From Planktothrix sp. GU0601_MAG3 (lineage in GTDB: Bacteria; Cyanobacteriota; Cyanobacteriia; Cyanobacteriales; Microcoleaceae): a stretch of DNA of 64,000 bases. Below are positions 36,043 through 47,637 of this stretch, one piece after another. The position numbers were made by a program, and so were the translations under genes. The notes beneath the pieces are model-generated. The model was not told the DNA's origin. It did no database searches and saw only the letters and a program-made list of their open reading frames with translations. The stretch covers positions 704,001 to 768,000 of the forward strand of contig CP136572.1 in the NCBI GenBank assembly GCA_035193785.1, given 5' to 3'. Numbering within the stretch: the stretch's first letter is position 1; every line of letters begins with the position of its first letter.

Positions 36043-36717
36043 TTAGGGTTGATCAATTTGGTTGAGTGCGAATTCCAAATCTTGGATCAGATGTTGGGCG
36101 TCTTTTTTGGCTGAACCTTGACAGTAATCATTCACAGACAAGGGATAACCAATTTTTATTTTAACACTAGAACCTCGACGGGGGATAATGGGATTATAGC
36201 GTACAGAAATCGGGACAATCTTAATTCCTAAGTGTTCATGGCTAGTTTCCGCCTGTATAGCTAAACGCCCCAGTCCCAATTTTAGGGGGTGAACTTGGTC
36301 ATCCTGAAAAATATTTCCTTCGGGAAAAATCACTAACATTTCTCCTTGGTGCAGCAATTCTACTCCATAACGAATAGTAGAAATAGTGGGATGTTTTTGA
36401 TTAATCGCAAACCCGCCCAGGTGACGAATAAACCATCCTTGTACTCCTTGCATTTCATCAACCGTAACCATAAACCGCAAGTCCCGCCCCGTGACATAGC
36501 GACCCGCAGCATAGGGAATCATAATCGCATCCCAACGGGAACGATGGGTCGGTGCTAGAATGATAGGGCCTTGTTGGGGAAGATTTTCTTGGCCGATCAC
36601 TTCCAGGGATTTAAAATAAAATGGTAAAACTATATGTCGTCCCAAGGGGTAAACAATGGAGGCCAGGGAGGGAGAAACGTCAGAATTAACCCGTGTTTCC
36701 TTTGTAGATATGGACAT
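36043..36717 (-). CDS. Lysophospholipid acyltransferase (PlsC family)
   Basis: THRSRWD (HxxxxD) and IFPEG motifs. Confidence 0.9.
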   Translation of the reverse strand: MSISTKETRVNSDVSPSLASIVYPLGRHIVLPFYFKSLEVIGQENLPQQGPIILAPTHRSRWDAIMIPYAAGRYVTGRDLRFMVTVDEMQGVQGWFIRHLGGFAINQKHPTISTIRYGVELLHQGEMLVIFPEGNIFQDDQVHPLKLGLGRLAIQAETSHEHLGIKIVPISVRYNPIIPRRGSSVKIKIGYPLSVNDYCQGSAKKDAQHLIQDLEFALNQIDQP

Positions 36718-36821
36718 TTTTTTTGCAGAAGATTGATTAGAGTCAAAGATGAGCATAACGGTTTTCGTGGGTTGAATAAACCTCTTAAGTGCTGGTGCAA
36801 AATAAATTACCCAGTTAAGAA

Positions 36822-36875
36822 AGGGAACACCGGAAACACCGGAACACCGGAACACCGGAATAGGGAACACCGGAT
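36822..36875. repeat. Short (CCGGAACA)n repeat
   Basis: Tandem 8-mers; one unit reads CCGGAAACA. Confidence 0.8.
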
Positions 36876-36983
36876 CTGGAAATCACCAAATGTGTAAATA
36901 ATTATGTTTGGGTACTTGACTTGATTTTAAAAAGTTGGAAGGGTTTTCTTTATTGTGATCAGGACAGTTTTTTTATTGTCTGT

Positions 36984-37472
36984 TTAATGGCGTTTTTGAG
37001 CAAACCAAGATTGTAATTGTTGACGACAGGAAGATTCTAATATTCCACCTAAAACCGATAATTTATGGTAAGAACAGGGACTATCGGGAAGGTTAATAAC
37101 GGTGCGAATAGTTCCAGTTTTGGGGTCATCAGCACCATAAACTAATAACCCTAAACGAGCTTGCAAAATTGCTCCGGTACACATGGGACAGGGTTCGAGG
37201 GTAACATATAAAGTACAGGTGTTTAGATGCCAATTTTTTAATATTTTTCCCGCTTGTCTGATGGCTAATATTTCAGCGTGGGCGGTGGGGTCACAGTCTC
37301 TTTCTTTGCGGTTTTGGGTTTGGGAAATTAGTTGATTATTCTGATTAATAATAATTGCTCCAACCGGAACTTCTCCGGCTTCTCCCGCTTGTTGCGCTAA
37401 TTCTAAAGCCTGACTCATCCAATATTGATGGGTGGAATAGTCGTTAAAAATTGAGTTTGGGGAAACAGACAT
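36984..37472 (-). CDS. tadA: tRNA adenosine(34) deaminase
   Basis: GEVPVGA, DPTAHAE, TLEPCPMCTGA, DPKTG. Confidence 0.93.
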   Translation of the reverse strand: MSVSPNSIFNDYSTHQYWMSQALELAQQAGEAGEVPVGAIIINQNNQLISQTQNRKERDCDPTAHAEILAIRQAGKILKNWHLNTCTLYVTLEPCPMCTGAILQARLGLLVYGADDPKTGTIRTVINLPDSPCSYHKLSVLGGILESSCRQQLQSWFAQKRH

Positions 37473-37668
37473 CGGGGGGTTGTTTTTTTGTGTTGACTTT
37501 TTAATCAAGCGTATAGTCATGTTAGCCGTATAAATATTGTACGATGGTGGCGGGATTTTGTCAAGGGTAGCTTCTGTCTTGGTCGGCAATTTTTTTAATC
37601 AAATCAGTTTTGAGTTAGGAGAAGATAGAATAAGAAATGCTGTGGTGAAAAGTGCGATCGCTTAAAAA

Positions 37669-40600
37669 ATGTCTACCGAAACCCCTTGTCCCTTTTCTGC
37701 TGAAGAAATTGCCTCTGAAGGCATCAAACCCGAAGAATATGAAGAAATTGTCCGACGCTTAGGAAGACATCCCAACAAAGCGGAATTAGGGATGTTTGGG
37801 GTGATGTGGAGCGAACACTGTTGTTATAAAAATTCTCGGCCTCTGCTCAAACAATTTCCCACCACGGGAGAGCGGATTTTAGTTGGCCCCGGAGAAAATG
37901 CCGGAGTGGTGGACTTCGGTGATGGGCTGCATATTGCCTTTAAAATCGAATCCCATAATCACCCTTCAGCTATTGAACCCTTCCAAGGTGCCGCGACGGG
38001 AGTGGGGGGAATTTTAAGAGATATTTTCACCATGGGAGCGCGTCCAATTGCGGCGTTAAATTCCTTGCGATTTGGTTCATTAGAAGATTCCAGAAATAGA
38101 CAAATCTTTAAAGGAGTGGTTTCTGGTATTAGTCATTATGGTAATTGTTTAATTGCCAGTGAAAGGTTTGTGTGGCGGGATAATCAGGGGATTTATTTTG
38201 ACACCATTGGTAATTTTGTTGAATCTCATCTTCTCCCTAACGAAACGACAACTGAACTTAATCAAGCTCCTGGTATTGAAACACTTTCTATCGACCCAGA
38301 AACCCAACAAAGCTGTTGGCAAGCTGTTACCCGGGTGTTTAAGCGACAAACTCAAACTCTGATTACCTTCCGCACGGCATTAGGACGGACTTTAACGGTG
38401 ACTCCTGACCATTTAATTTTACTACTAGAAGATGGGAAATGGTGTGTGCGAGAGGCTAAGTTGCTAAAAGAAGGAGATGTAATTCCCTTACTAATTAATT
38501 TACCTTTACCTGATTTTCAAGCTATTGAGGAGATTCCTGCCCTAGATTTATTAGAAACCTTAAATGACTCTCATCAAGGGCGACAAAATGTTTATGTTCA
38601 ACTGCCGGAAACGTGGCAACCGACAGAAACCATTCGGGCTGAATTATGCCTATTAGAAACCCTCGGCTACTAACCGTTATCAATATATTCATAAACGTTA
38701 TTTACCTTTACCCTATTTCCTGAAATTAGAACCACTTCTGAATGTGCAGCGATGGGATATTTTGCTATTCCGTAGAAGTGGGAAAGCCAACTACATGAAA
38801 GCCGTAATTAAACCGGATGAAACCTTTGCTCGTTTCCTCGGTTATTATCTCTCAGAAGGGTGTGTTTCTGCTAACGGTAATACTTACAAAATTATCCTGA
38901 CATTTGCTTTACATGAACAAGAATATGTTGATGATGTTGTACAGGGATTCAAAGATTTAGGACTAAGCCCCTGTATTGAAAAACGACAATCAACAATTGC
39001 TGTTTATGCGACGTCTTGGCTGTTAGGATATGTCTTAAAAGAGGTTTGGCAATGTGGAGAGGGTTCAGCAAATAAAGCTTTTCCTAGTTTTGTTTTTACC
39101 TGGCCAAAACATTTACAAAGAGAAGCCTTAAAAGGATTAATGCGAGGGGATGGTTCTTTTACAACCAAGACAAACGGCAGTCATGCTAAAATCGCCTTCG
39201 GTTCGACTAGCCAAAAATTATTTGAACAAGCTTTAGCATTAATTCAAAGCCAAGGTGCAGTTCCTTCTATTCATTATCGCCCTTCTGCTGCTGGAGAAAT
39301 TGAAGGTCGCCCTTATCAAAGTCTACCGTTTTGGGAATTAGAGGTGAGTAATATTTCGGGGCTCACTTCTTTGACTCAAATTTTTTCTCAAGAACGAGAT
39401 GAACAACTGGTTGAGGCTTTAAGTCTTTATCAAGGAAATCGATATTCTTTCCCTCGTTTTGATGTTTCTAACGAGTTAGCTTTTGTCAAAGTTCGGAGTG
39501 TGGAAACTAAAAATGTTGAATTGTGTGATGTCTATGATGTTGAAGTAGAAAATACTCACTTATTTGTGACAACATCTGGAATTGTAACTCACAATTGTTT
39601 CGGGGTTCCAACGGTTGGGGGAGAGGTTTATTTTGATCCAGCTTATAATGGAAATCCCCTAGTTAATGCGATGGCAATTGGGTTAATGGAAACCCCAGAA
39701 ATTGTGAAATCGGGTGCTTCAGGAATTGGAAATCCGGTGTTATATGTAGGTTCAACAACGGGGCGGGATGGCATGGGGGGAGCGAGTTTCGCCAGTGCCG
39801 AATTAAGCGAAGAATCGATCCAAGATCGTCCGGCGGTACAAGTCGGAGATCCGTTTTTAGAAAAGTCTTTAGTGGAAGCTTGTTTGGAAGCGTTTAAAAC
39901 GGGCGCGGTAGTTGCTGCTCAGGATATGGGAGCGGCGGGAATTACCTGCTCAACATCAGAAATGGCAGCCAAAGGTGGGGTAGGAATTGAGCTAGATTTA
40001 GACTTAATTCCGGTACGAGAAACGGGAATGGTTGCCTATGAATATCTGTTATCGGAATCCCAAGAACGGATGTTATTTGTCGCTCAAAAAGGACGGGAAC
40101 AGGAGTTAATTGATATTTTCCATCGTTGGGGATTACAGGCGGTTGTGGCGGGAACTGTGATTGCAGAACCCATAGTTAGAATTTTATTTAAAGGGGAAAT
40201 TGCGGCGGAAATTCCGGCGGATGCCTTAGCAGAAAATACGCCATTATATCCGCGAGAAATATTATCAGAACCCCCAGAATATGTTCAAATAGCCTGGCAA
40301 TGGAAACCGGAAAATTTACCGGAATCTACGGTTTCAGGAATCAAAATTAAGGAGGAATTTCAATCGTGGAATCAAGTATTATTGACCCTATTAGATACCC
40401 CTTCAATTGCCTCTAAACAGTGGGTTTATCGTCAATATGATCATCAAGTTCAGAACAATACGGTTTTAGTTCCCGGCGGTGGGGATGCGGCCGTAATTCG
40501 TCTACGCCCCCTAGAACCCCGGTCAACCCCAAATGGAGAAGCCGTATCCCCCTCTGCCCCCCCTGCCCCCCCTGCTCCCTCCGCCCCCCCTGCCCAAACA

Positions 40601-41521
40601 AAAGGACTAGCCGCAACAGTAGACTGTAACTCCCGGTATGTGTACCTCGACCCCTACGAAGGCGCGAAGGCAACCGTAGCCGAAGCCGCCCGGAATTTAA
40701 GCTGTGTGGGGGCTGAACCGATTGCGGTGACGGATAACCTAAATTTTGGTAGTCCTGAAAAACCGATTGGATATTGGCAGTTAGCCGAATCCTGTCGGGG
40801 GATTTCCGATGGCTGTAAGGCGTTGAATACTCCGGTGACGGGGGGGAATGTGTCCCTATATAATGAAACCCTCGATGCCGATGGGAACCCAGAATCCATT
40901 TATCCGACCCCGGTGGTGGGGATGGTGGGGTTAATTACGGATTTAACTAAAGTTTGTGGCCAAGGTTGGCAGGGTTCGGGGGATTTAATCTATCTTTTGG
41001 GGGATGACAAAACCCTACCCACCTTGGGCGCGTCGGAATATCTGGCGGTGCTGCATGGCACAATTGCGGGTAAGCCTCCGAGGGTGGATTTTGGGTTAGA
41101 ACAAAAGGTACAAACGGCCTGTCGGGAAGGTATTCGTCAAGGGTGGATTAAATCGGCCCATGATTGTGCTGAAGGTGGGTTAGCGGTGGCTTTAGCCGAA
41201 TCTTGTCTGAGTGGCAAAAAAGGAGCAACGGTGAAGCTGGATTTAAGTTCTACCGCTTCTGTGCGTTGGGATGAAATTCTCTTTGCGGAAGGGGGAGGAC
41301 GAATTCTGGTTTCTGTCCCTCCTGAATATCAGTCGGTGTGGGAAGAATTTTTACACCAACAGTTAGGGGAAGAAAACGAGATCTGGCAAAACTTGGGTTT
41401 TGTGGGTGCGGGGTCTGAAGCTTTGCGGATTTTGGCTGCGGATCAGGGTTTAATTGAGGTTGAGCTTGGGGAAATGGGCGATCGCTATTTTAATGGGATT
41501 GAGCGTCGGTTGGACGTTTAA
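37669..41521 (+). CDS. purL: Phosphoribosylformylglycinamidine synthase subunit PurL containing an intein; extra A at ~38657
   Basis: [53 protein letters not shown]. Confidence 0.97.
38146..39595 (+). mobile_element. Intein (~483 aa) with LAGLIDADG homing endonuclease in PurL
   Basis: Junctions [11 protein letters not shown] ... [16 protein letters not shown]; block B TPDH, block F VYDVEV, endonuclease motifs LGYYLSEG and LKGLMRGDG. Confidence 0.95.
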
Positions 41522-41704
41522 GCCTAATTTCAGCCCCAAGATTAGGGAAACGGACAGCAGAGGTGGGTCTTTCTTGCGATTTCAGCTAAAAAGGGATAAG
41601 ATTAAGAAAATGTTAACTTTTTAACAGTTGTACTCGCATTATCCAGTAGCCTTGATTCATAAATCCCACCATCTGACCTTGCAGATCAGGAGCAAAACCG
41701 TAAC

Positions 41705-43184
41705 ATGATTCCAAATAATTCCCTTGATATCCACTCTGCCCAGGTTGATCCCGAACGACCTGATAAGCCGGAAGAAGCCTGTGGCGTTTTTGGGGTGTAT
41801 GCTCCAGGGGAGGATGTCGCTAAACTGACTTATTTTGGTCTATATGCGCTGCAACACCGAGGCCAAGAATCCGCAGGGATTGCCACCTTTGATGGTGAAA
41901 CGGTGCATTTGCACAAAGACATGGGATTAGTTTCCCAGGTTTTTAATGAAACTATTTTAAATAGCTTAACCGGGAATCTGGCGGTGGGTCATACCCGCTA
42001 TTCTACGACGGGATCGAGTCGTCGGGTAAATGCCCAGCCGGCCGTGGTTCCAACTCGTTTAGGTTCCCTAGCCCTAGCACATAATGGCAATTTAGTCAAT
42101 ACCGGCGAATTGCGTGCAGAATTAACCCGGCGGGAGTGTGATTTTCTGACCACCACCGATAGCGAAATGATTGCTTTAGCGATCGCTTCGGAAGTTAATA
42201 ATGGCAAAGACTGGTTAGAAGGGGCTTTAAGTGCCTTTACTCTGTGCCAGGGGGCCTATAGTTTAGTGATTGGGACACCCAAGGGGATGATGGGAGTCCG
42301 TGACCCCAATGGGATTCGACCCTTAGTGATTGGAATTTTACCCAGCACTCCCCAACGGTATGTTTTGGCGTCGGAAACCTGTGGATTAGATATTATTGGG
42401 GCGGAATACCTACGCGATGTGGAACCGGGGGAATTGGTTTGGATCACCGAAGAAGGGATGTCATCTTTCCACTGGAGTCCCAAACCCGCCCGGAAATTAT
42501 GTGTTTTTGAGATGATTTATTTTGCCCGTCCCGATAGTGTGATGTGTGGCGAAAGTCTCTATAGTTATCGCTTGGAAATCGGACGAATTTTAGCCAAGGA
42601 ATCCTTTGTTGATGCGGATATCGTGATTGGGGTTTCCTGACTCTGGGATTCCGGCGGCGATTGGATTTTCCCAGGGGTCGGGGATTCCTTTTGCTGAGGG
42701 ATTAATTAAAAACCGTTATGTGGGACGGACGTTTATTCAACCGACCCAAAGTATGCGGGAGTCGGGGATTCGCATGAAGTTAAACCCGTTAAAGGATGTC
42801 TTGGAGGGCAAACGGGTGATTATTGTGGATGATTCGATTGTCCGAGGAACGACCAGTCGCAAAATTGTGAAGGCGCTGCGGGATGCGGGTGCAACTGAAG
42901 TTCACATGAGAATTTCTTCTCCTCCGGTTACCCATCCTTGTTTTTATGGGATTGATACCGATAGTCAGGAACAATTGATTGCGGCTACTAAATCCGTTGA
43001 GGAAATTCGTCAACAAATTGAAGTGGATAGTTTAGCTTATTTGAGTTGGGAAGGAATGTTAATCGCCACTCGGGAAGATACTAATACCTTCTGTTCCGCG
43101 TGTTTTACCGGAAATTATCCCATTGATATTCCTGAAAAAGTGAAACGCTCTAAATTAATATTGGAGAAATCGGTAACGGTTTAA
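41705..43184 (+). CDS. purF: Amidophosphoribosyltransferase; extra T at ~42633
   Basis: [47 protein letters not shown]. Confidence 0.97.
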
Positions 43185-43214
43185 CTTCTGAAATAGAACT
43201 CATAGACCTGACCA

Positions 43215-43252
43215 TAGAAACCGGATTTCTGACCCAAGAAACCCGGTTTCTA
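43215..43252. repeat. Paired AGAAACC(C)GG(A)TTTCT palindromes, possible terminator
   Basis: ATAGAAACCGGATTTCT...AGAAACCCGGTTTCTAT; same family as in 51117-52206. Confidence 0.7.
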
Positions 43253-43258
43253 TTTTGA

Positions 43259-43352
43259 TAGGGAACAGGGAACAGGGAACAGGGAACAGGGAACAGGGAA
43301 CAGGGAACAGGGAACAGGGAACAGGGAACAGGGAACAGGGAACAGGGAACAG
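43259..43352. repeat. STRR array (GGGAACA)n
   Basis: About 13 perfect 7-mers. Confidence 0.95.
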
Positions 43353-43453
43353 TAAGCAGTAAATGAGTTTGCTGGCTTTAGAAGTGTCCTAACTGTGAAT
43401 GCGTACCGCTATATTTAACCACAAAGACGCAAAGAAGTTTTAAACACGCTCTG

Positions 43454-44777
43454 TTACTTTTTCTCTGCATGAATATAATCTACAAAATAAAATTTGGGTT
43501 CTAAATAATATTTTAACCATCCATAAATGCCTAATCCGAAAAGAGCGATCGCGATTAAGGGAATACCCCATTGTAATCGAATAGGATCGGACATTAAAGC
43601 GACAGAGGAAACCGTTAATACAAAATAAATTAATAAACCCAACTGTAATTTTTTAATAGTGTTTAAGGCGTTGCTACAGCTACTACAGTGTTGAGTATGT
43701 TGGTGATAGGTGTCGAGTAGTTGTTGACGGTTATCATTAAAAGGGAAATAATCGGGGACTGGTATATTCAGTTGTTTCCAAGGTAATTCTCCTTGAGAAT
43801 AGCGATCAAACCATTTGCGGAATTCAATAATTAAACGATCGGCACTTGTTGGCATTTTATAAGAGGTTTTCCAAGTTTCCCCTGCGGGCTTTTGCTGTAA
43901 GAAACGTTCCTGTTGATGGAGTAAAACCATATCGCTATCAAAGACTAAATTCCGCAGCATAATATGTTCCCACCATAAAGGAGTAATGCGATGTAAAGTT
44001 TTAGAAAAGTTTTGGGCAAATAAACCAATTGCTCGTGATTTTCCGGGTAATACAGGGATACAATAAACCAAAATTTGCATTTTTTTACCACTGGGAAATG
44101 CAATCTCATACTCTAAACGACAAGGCGGTTTCAAATTGAATACTACGGAGATATCCTGGCGTATTAACTTCTATTAAATTTAGACTTGATGCTATTAGTT
44201 CTAAGGGGACAGGTCGGGCTTGTTCTCGTCTTCCTTGTATGCCATGATGAGCAATGGGAACATGGCTAGGATCGGCAATATTTTCAACTAATGTTGACCA
44301 ATCATATTCTAATTCTCGAAAATAGGAAGTCCAAACAAATCCGTTTTCAAGATTAATTTTAGGGGATAAAGGTAAGGGGGTTTTTGCTGCTAATTCCGCC
44401 GATAAGGGATCAGCCCAAACCCACAATATATCCTGTTCTTCTCGGGTTGGAAAGACTTGAACGCAAAATTTATCTTTAACTAATTCGGGGTTTTCTGCTT
44501 GAGGAATCCGGCTACAAATCCCTTGGGAATCAAATTCCCAACCGTGATAACTACACATTAAATTTCCAGTTTTCTCGTCGATTCTGCCTTCACTTAAAGA
44601 GGCTAAACGATGGGGACATTGATCTAAAAAAACTTGATAGTGTTGTTGTTGGAGGGGTTTCCAAATTACTAAACGAATTCCTAACACCGTTATAGCTTTG
44701 GGTCGTTTAGGGTCAATATCCGTCAGAATTGATAGGGGATACCATTGTTGAAAAAAGTTGAATTGTGTTTCTGTCAT
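43454..44777 (-). CDS. Rieske 2Fe-2S oxygenase, pheophorbide a oxygenase (PaO)-like; extra base at ~44129
   Basis: CPHRLASLSEG...CSYHGW, ENIADPSHVPIAHH, HTQHCSSC, C-terminal TM pair. Confidence 0.9.
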
Positions 44778-44866
44778 GGTTTTGTTTGCAAATACTTTAT
44801 ATATTAAGGAACAGGATTTAAAAGTGTCCTAACTGTAATGCGTATTGCTATAGAATGCAACCTCAG

Positions 44867-46141
44867 CTACAGATCACTTAATTCTGCGAATAATGTAGAT
44901 AAGATTTGATTGGAAACTAAAAAACCATCGGGGTCTGTAAATCGGATAAATCCTTGATTTAATTCCGGTTGAATGGGGTTAGAAATAGGTTGTTTTTGGA
45001 TATCCAAAAATTGCACTAATCCTTGCTGTTCAAAAGGAATTAATATTGTTAATATTTGGCTTAGGGTTTCGGCTCCAAATTGTTGTAATAGATATTCTAA
45101 ATTAATTCCTTCTGTTAACCGGAATCCTAACATTAAGGTTTCTAATAGTCTTTCTTGGGTTGTATCGACAAATTCAGCAATATTGTATGAGTAATTACCA
45201 TTAACCCAAGCATAATATTCTTGTCGTTTTCGAGGTCGAGTTAGGCGATAACCCTGAAGATAACTTGCCGCCCCCATACCAAATCCATAATAGGGTTGTT
45301 TTTTCCAGTAGACTAAATTATGTTGACATTGAAATCCGGGTTTGGCATAGTTAGAAATTTCGTAATGTTCATAACCAGCTTGTGTTAATAGGTGTTGAGC
45401 TAAACGATACATTTGGGCGGTGGATTCTTCCGTGGGTAAGGGAAATTCCCCCGGAGTATAATATCGAGAAAATGGCGTTTTATCTTCGACTATTAAGTCA
45501 TAAATTGAGATATGATTGGGGTTAATTTTTAATAGAGTTTTTAAGGAATATTCCCAATCCTCTAAGGTTTGTTCGGGTAAACCGGAAATTAAATCTAAAC
45601 TCCAGTTTTGCATCCCAGTTTTTTCAATAATATTAATAGCTGAAAAAATTTCATCGACGGTATGCGATCGCCCGGCTAATTGTAAGAGTTTATCCTGAAA
45701 TCCTTGCACCCCTAAACTGATTCTATTTATCCCCAAATCCAGAAAACCTTGTAATTTTTCCTGATCAAAAGTTCCGGGGTCTACTTCCATAGAAATTTCT
45801 GCATCCGTGGCAATACCCAACTTTTGATCCACTAAATGTAAAATTTGTTCTAACTGATTAACCGATAATAAGGAAGGAGTTCCCCCGCCAAAGAAAACGG
45901 TTTTTAAAGGGGAAATATTAGAAGAAACCGATGTTTGGGAAATTTCCTGACATAATACTTTTACATAGTCTTGAATTATGGCAGAATTATCCCCATGTTT
46001 GCGATCGCCCACCACCGATACGGCAAAATCACAGTAAAAACAACGGCGACGACAAAAAGGAATATGTAAATATACGGATCTGGGGGATTCTAAGGGGGGA
46101 AAACCGGATTCAGATGAATTAACAATAGAAAAATTATTCAT
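44867..46141 (-). CDS. hemW: Radical SAM heme chaperone HemW
   Basis: YLHIPFCRRRCFYCDF, FGGGTPS, HYEISNYA, HNLVYW. Confidence 0.9.
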   Translation of the reverse strand: MNNFSIVNSSESGFPPLESPRSVYLHIPFCRRRCFYCDFAVSVVGDRKHGDNSAIIQDYVKVLCQEISQTSVSSNISPLKTVFFGGGTPSLLSVNQLEQILHLVDQKLGIATDAEISMEVDPGTFDQEKLQGFLDLGINRISLGVQGFQDKLLQLAGRSHTVDEIFSAINIIEKTGMQNWSLDLISGLPEQTLEDWEYSLKTLLKINPNHISIYDLIVEDKTPFSRYYTPGEFPLPTEESTAQMYRLAQHLLTQAGYEHYEISNYAKPGFQCQHNLVYWKKQPYYGFGMGAASYLQGYRLTRPRKRQEYYAWVNGNYSYNIAEFVDTTQERLLETLMLGFRLTEGINLEYLLQQFGAETLSQILTILIPFEQQGLVQFLDIQKQPISNPIQPELNQGFIRFTDPDGFLVSNQILSTLFAELSDL

Positions 46142-46468
46142 AAGATTTTATACAAACTGTAACTTTTTCCGATTCAATTCTAAAGTTTTTCTGAAGAATT
46201 GGCAGAATTAGGGAAAAATTGCCCCTACCTACTTTGAAACCAAAATAAAGATGGAAAAGTCCTGAAAAAGCATGATGGGGGAGGATATAATCTTTTTTTT
46301 ATCAGGTTTTTCGAGAATTTTGAATACCGATAAAGTCAAGAAAATAGGTGCGGTCGGTTTTCCCTAACCCCCGAATACCGATCGGGTTTCCCACAGAGGA
46401 TATAATGGTACACAAACATACGGATATCCTGAATAGGATTTCCCACCCACTTCCATCGGCTTAAAATC

Positions 46469-47549
46469 ATGCTAGATGCAATCATTATTATTTTATTCAT
46501 AATAGCTGGTGCTGGGACGGGCTTCTACGGCATTGAATTGCTTCCGAAACCCGTACTCGATCAGGTCACAAATATCGAGGGACTGCGATCGGTTACGGGT
46601 GCATTTACGGCTTTAATCGGGGGCGTCATGGGTTTAGTGGTGCAAACCACCTACCGTCGCCTAGAAGAAACAAGTACGCCAGATGCCCCTTGATGTCTTG
46701 ATCACCCGTGCTATCGGTTTAGTGATTGGATTATTAGTTGCCAATCTAATGTTAGCACCGTTATTTTTACTGCCAATTCCCCGGGAATTTGGGTTTATTA
46801 AACCCCTATTTGCGGTGTTATCTAGTGCTATGTTTGGATTCACTGGAATTAATTTAGCGGATACCCACGGACGGGCATTTTTCAGAATTATTAATCCCAG
46901 TAGTTTGGACTCAATGTTATTGGCAGAAGGAAGCCTGAAACCTGCTTATACCAAAGTAATTGATACCAGTTGTATTATTGATGGTCGGATTGAAAGTTTG
47001 TTAGAAACAGGTTTTATTGAAGGTCAAATTTTAGTACCCCAGTTTATTTTACAGGAGTTACAGTTAGTTGCTGATGCCGCCAATGATCAGAAACGGGTGC
47101 GAGGACGGCGAGGATTAGATATTTTAAATCGTCTACGAGAAGAATATCCCGATCAGATTTCTATTCATCCCATTGATTATGAAGAAACGCAAACTGTTGA
47201 TGCCAAATTAGTCCGATTTGCTCAAGAAATCAATGCCACACTATTAACAAATGATTATAATTTGTCAAAAGTGGCAACGGTACAACAGGTTCCGGTTTTG
47301 AATATTAATGATTTGGTGCAAGCGATTCGTCCCTCCTATTTACCTGGGGATATTATTGATTTAAAAATTCGCAAGGAAGGCAAAGAACCTTCCCAGGGAA
47401 TCGGTTATTTAGATGATGGCACAATGGTGGTTGTTGAAGCCGGAAGTGAATATGTGGGAGATCAGGTGCGAGTGATTGTCACCAGTTCCCTGCAAACTTC
47501 CGCCGGTCGGATGATTTTTGCCCGTCCTGAACATTCGGTTGTGGCTTGA
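46469..47549 (+). CDS. Membrane PIN/TRAM domain protein (YacL-like); extra A at ~46668
   Basis: Four N-terminal TM segments, DTSCIIDGR, TNDYNL, GYLDDGTMVVVE, TSAGRMIFA. Confidence 0.92.
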
Positions 47550-47637
47550 ATTTGTAGTAGGGAAAAGGGAACAGGGAACAGGCTCACGACGCAGCCTGTT
47601 CCCTCTCTCAACTAGGTAATTTATTTTGTGTAACCAC

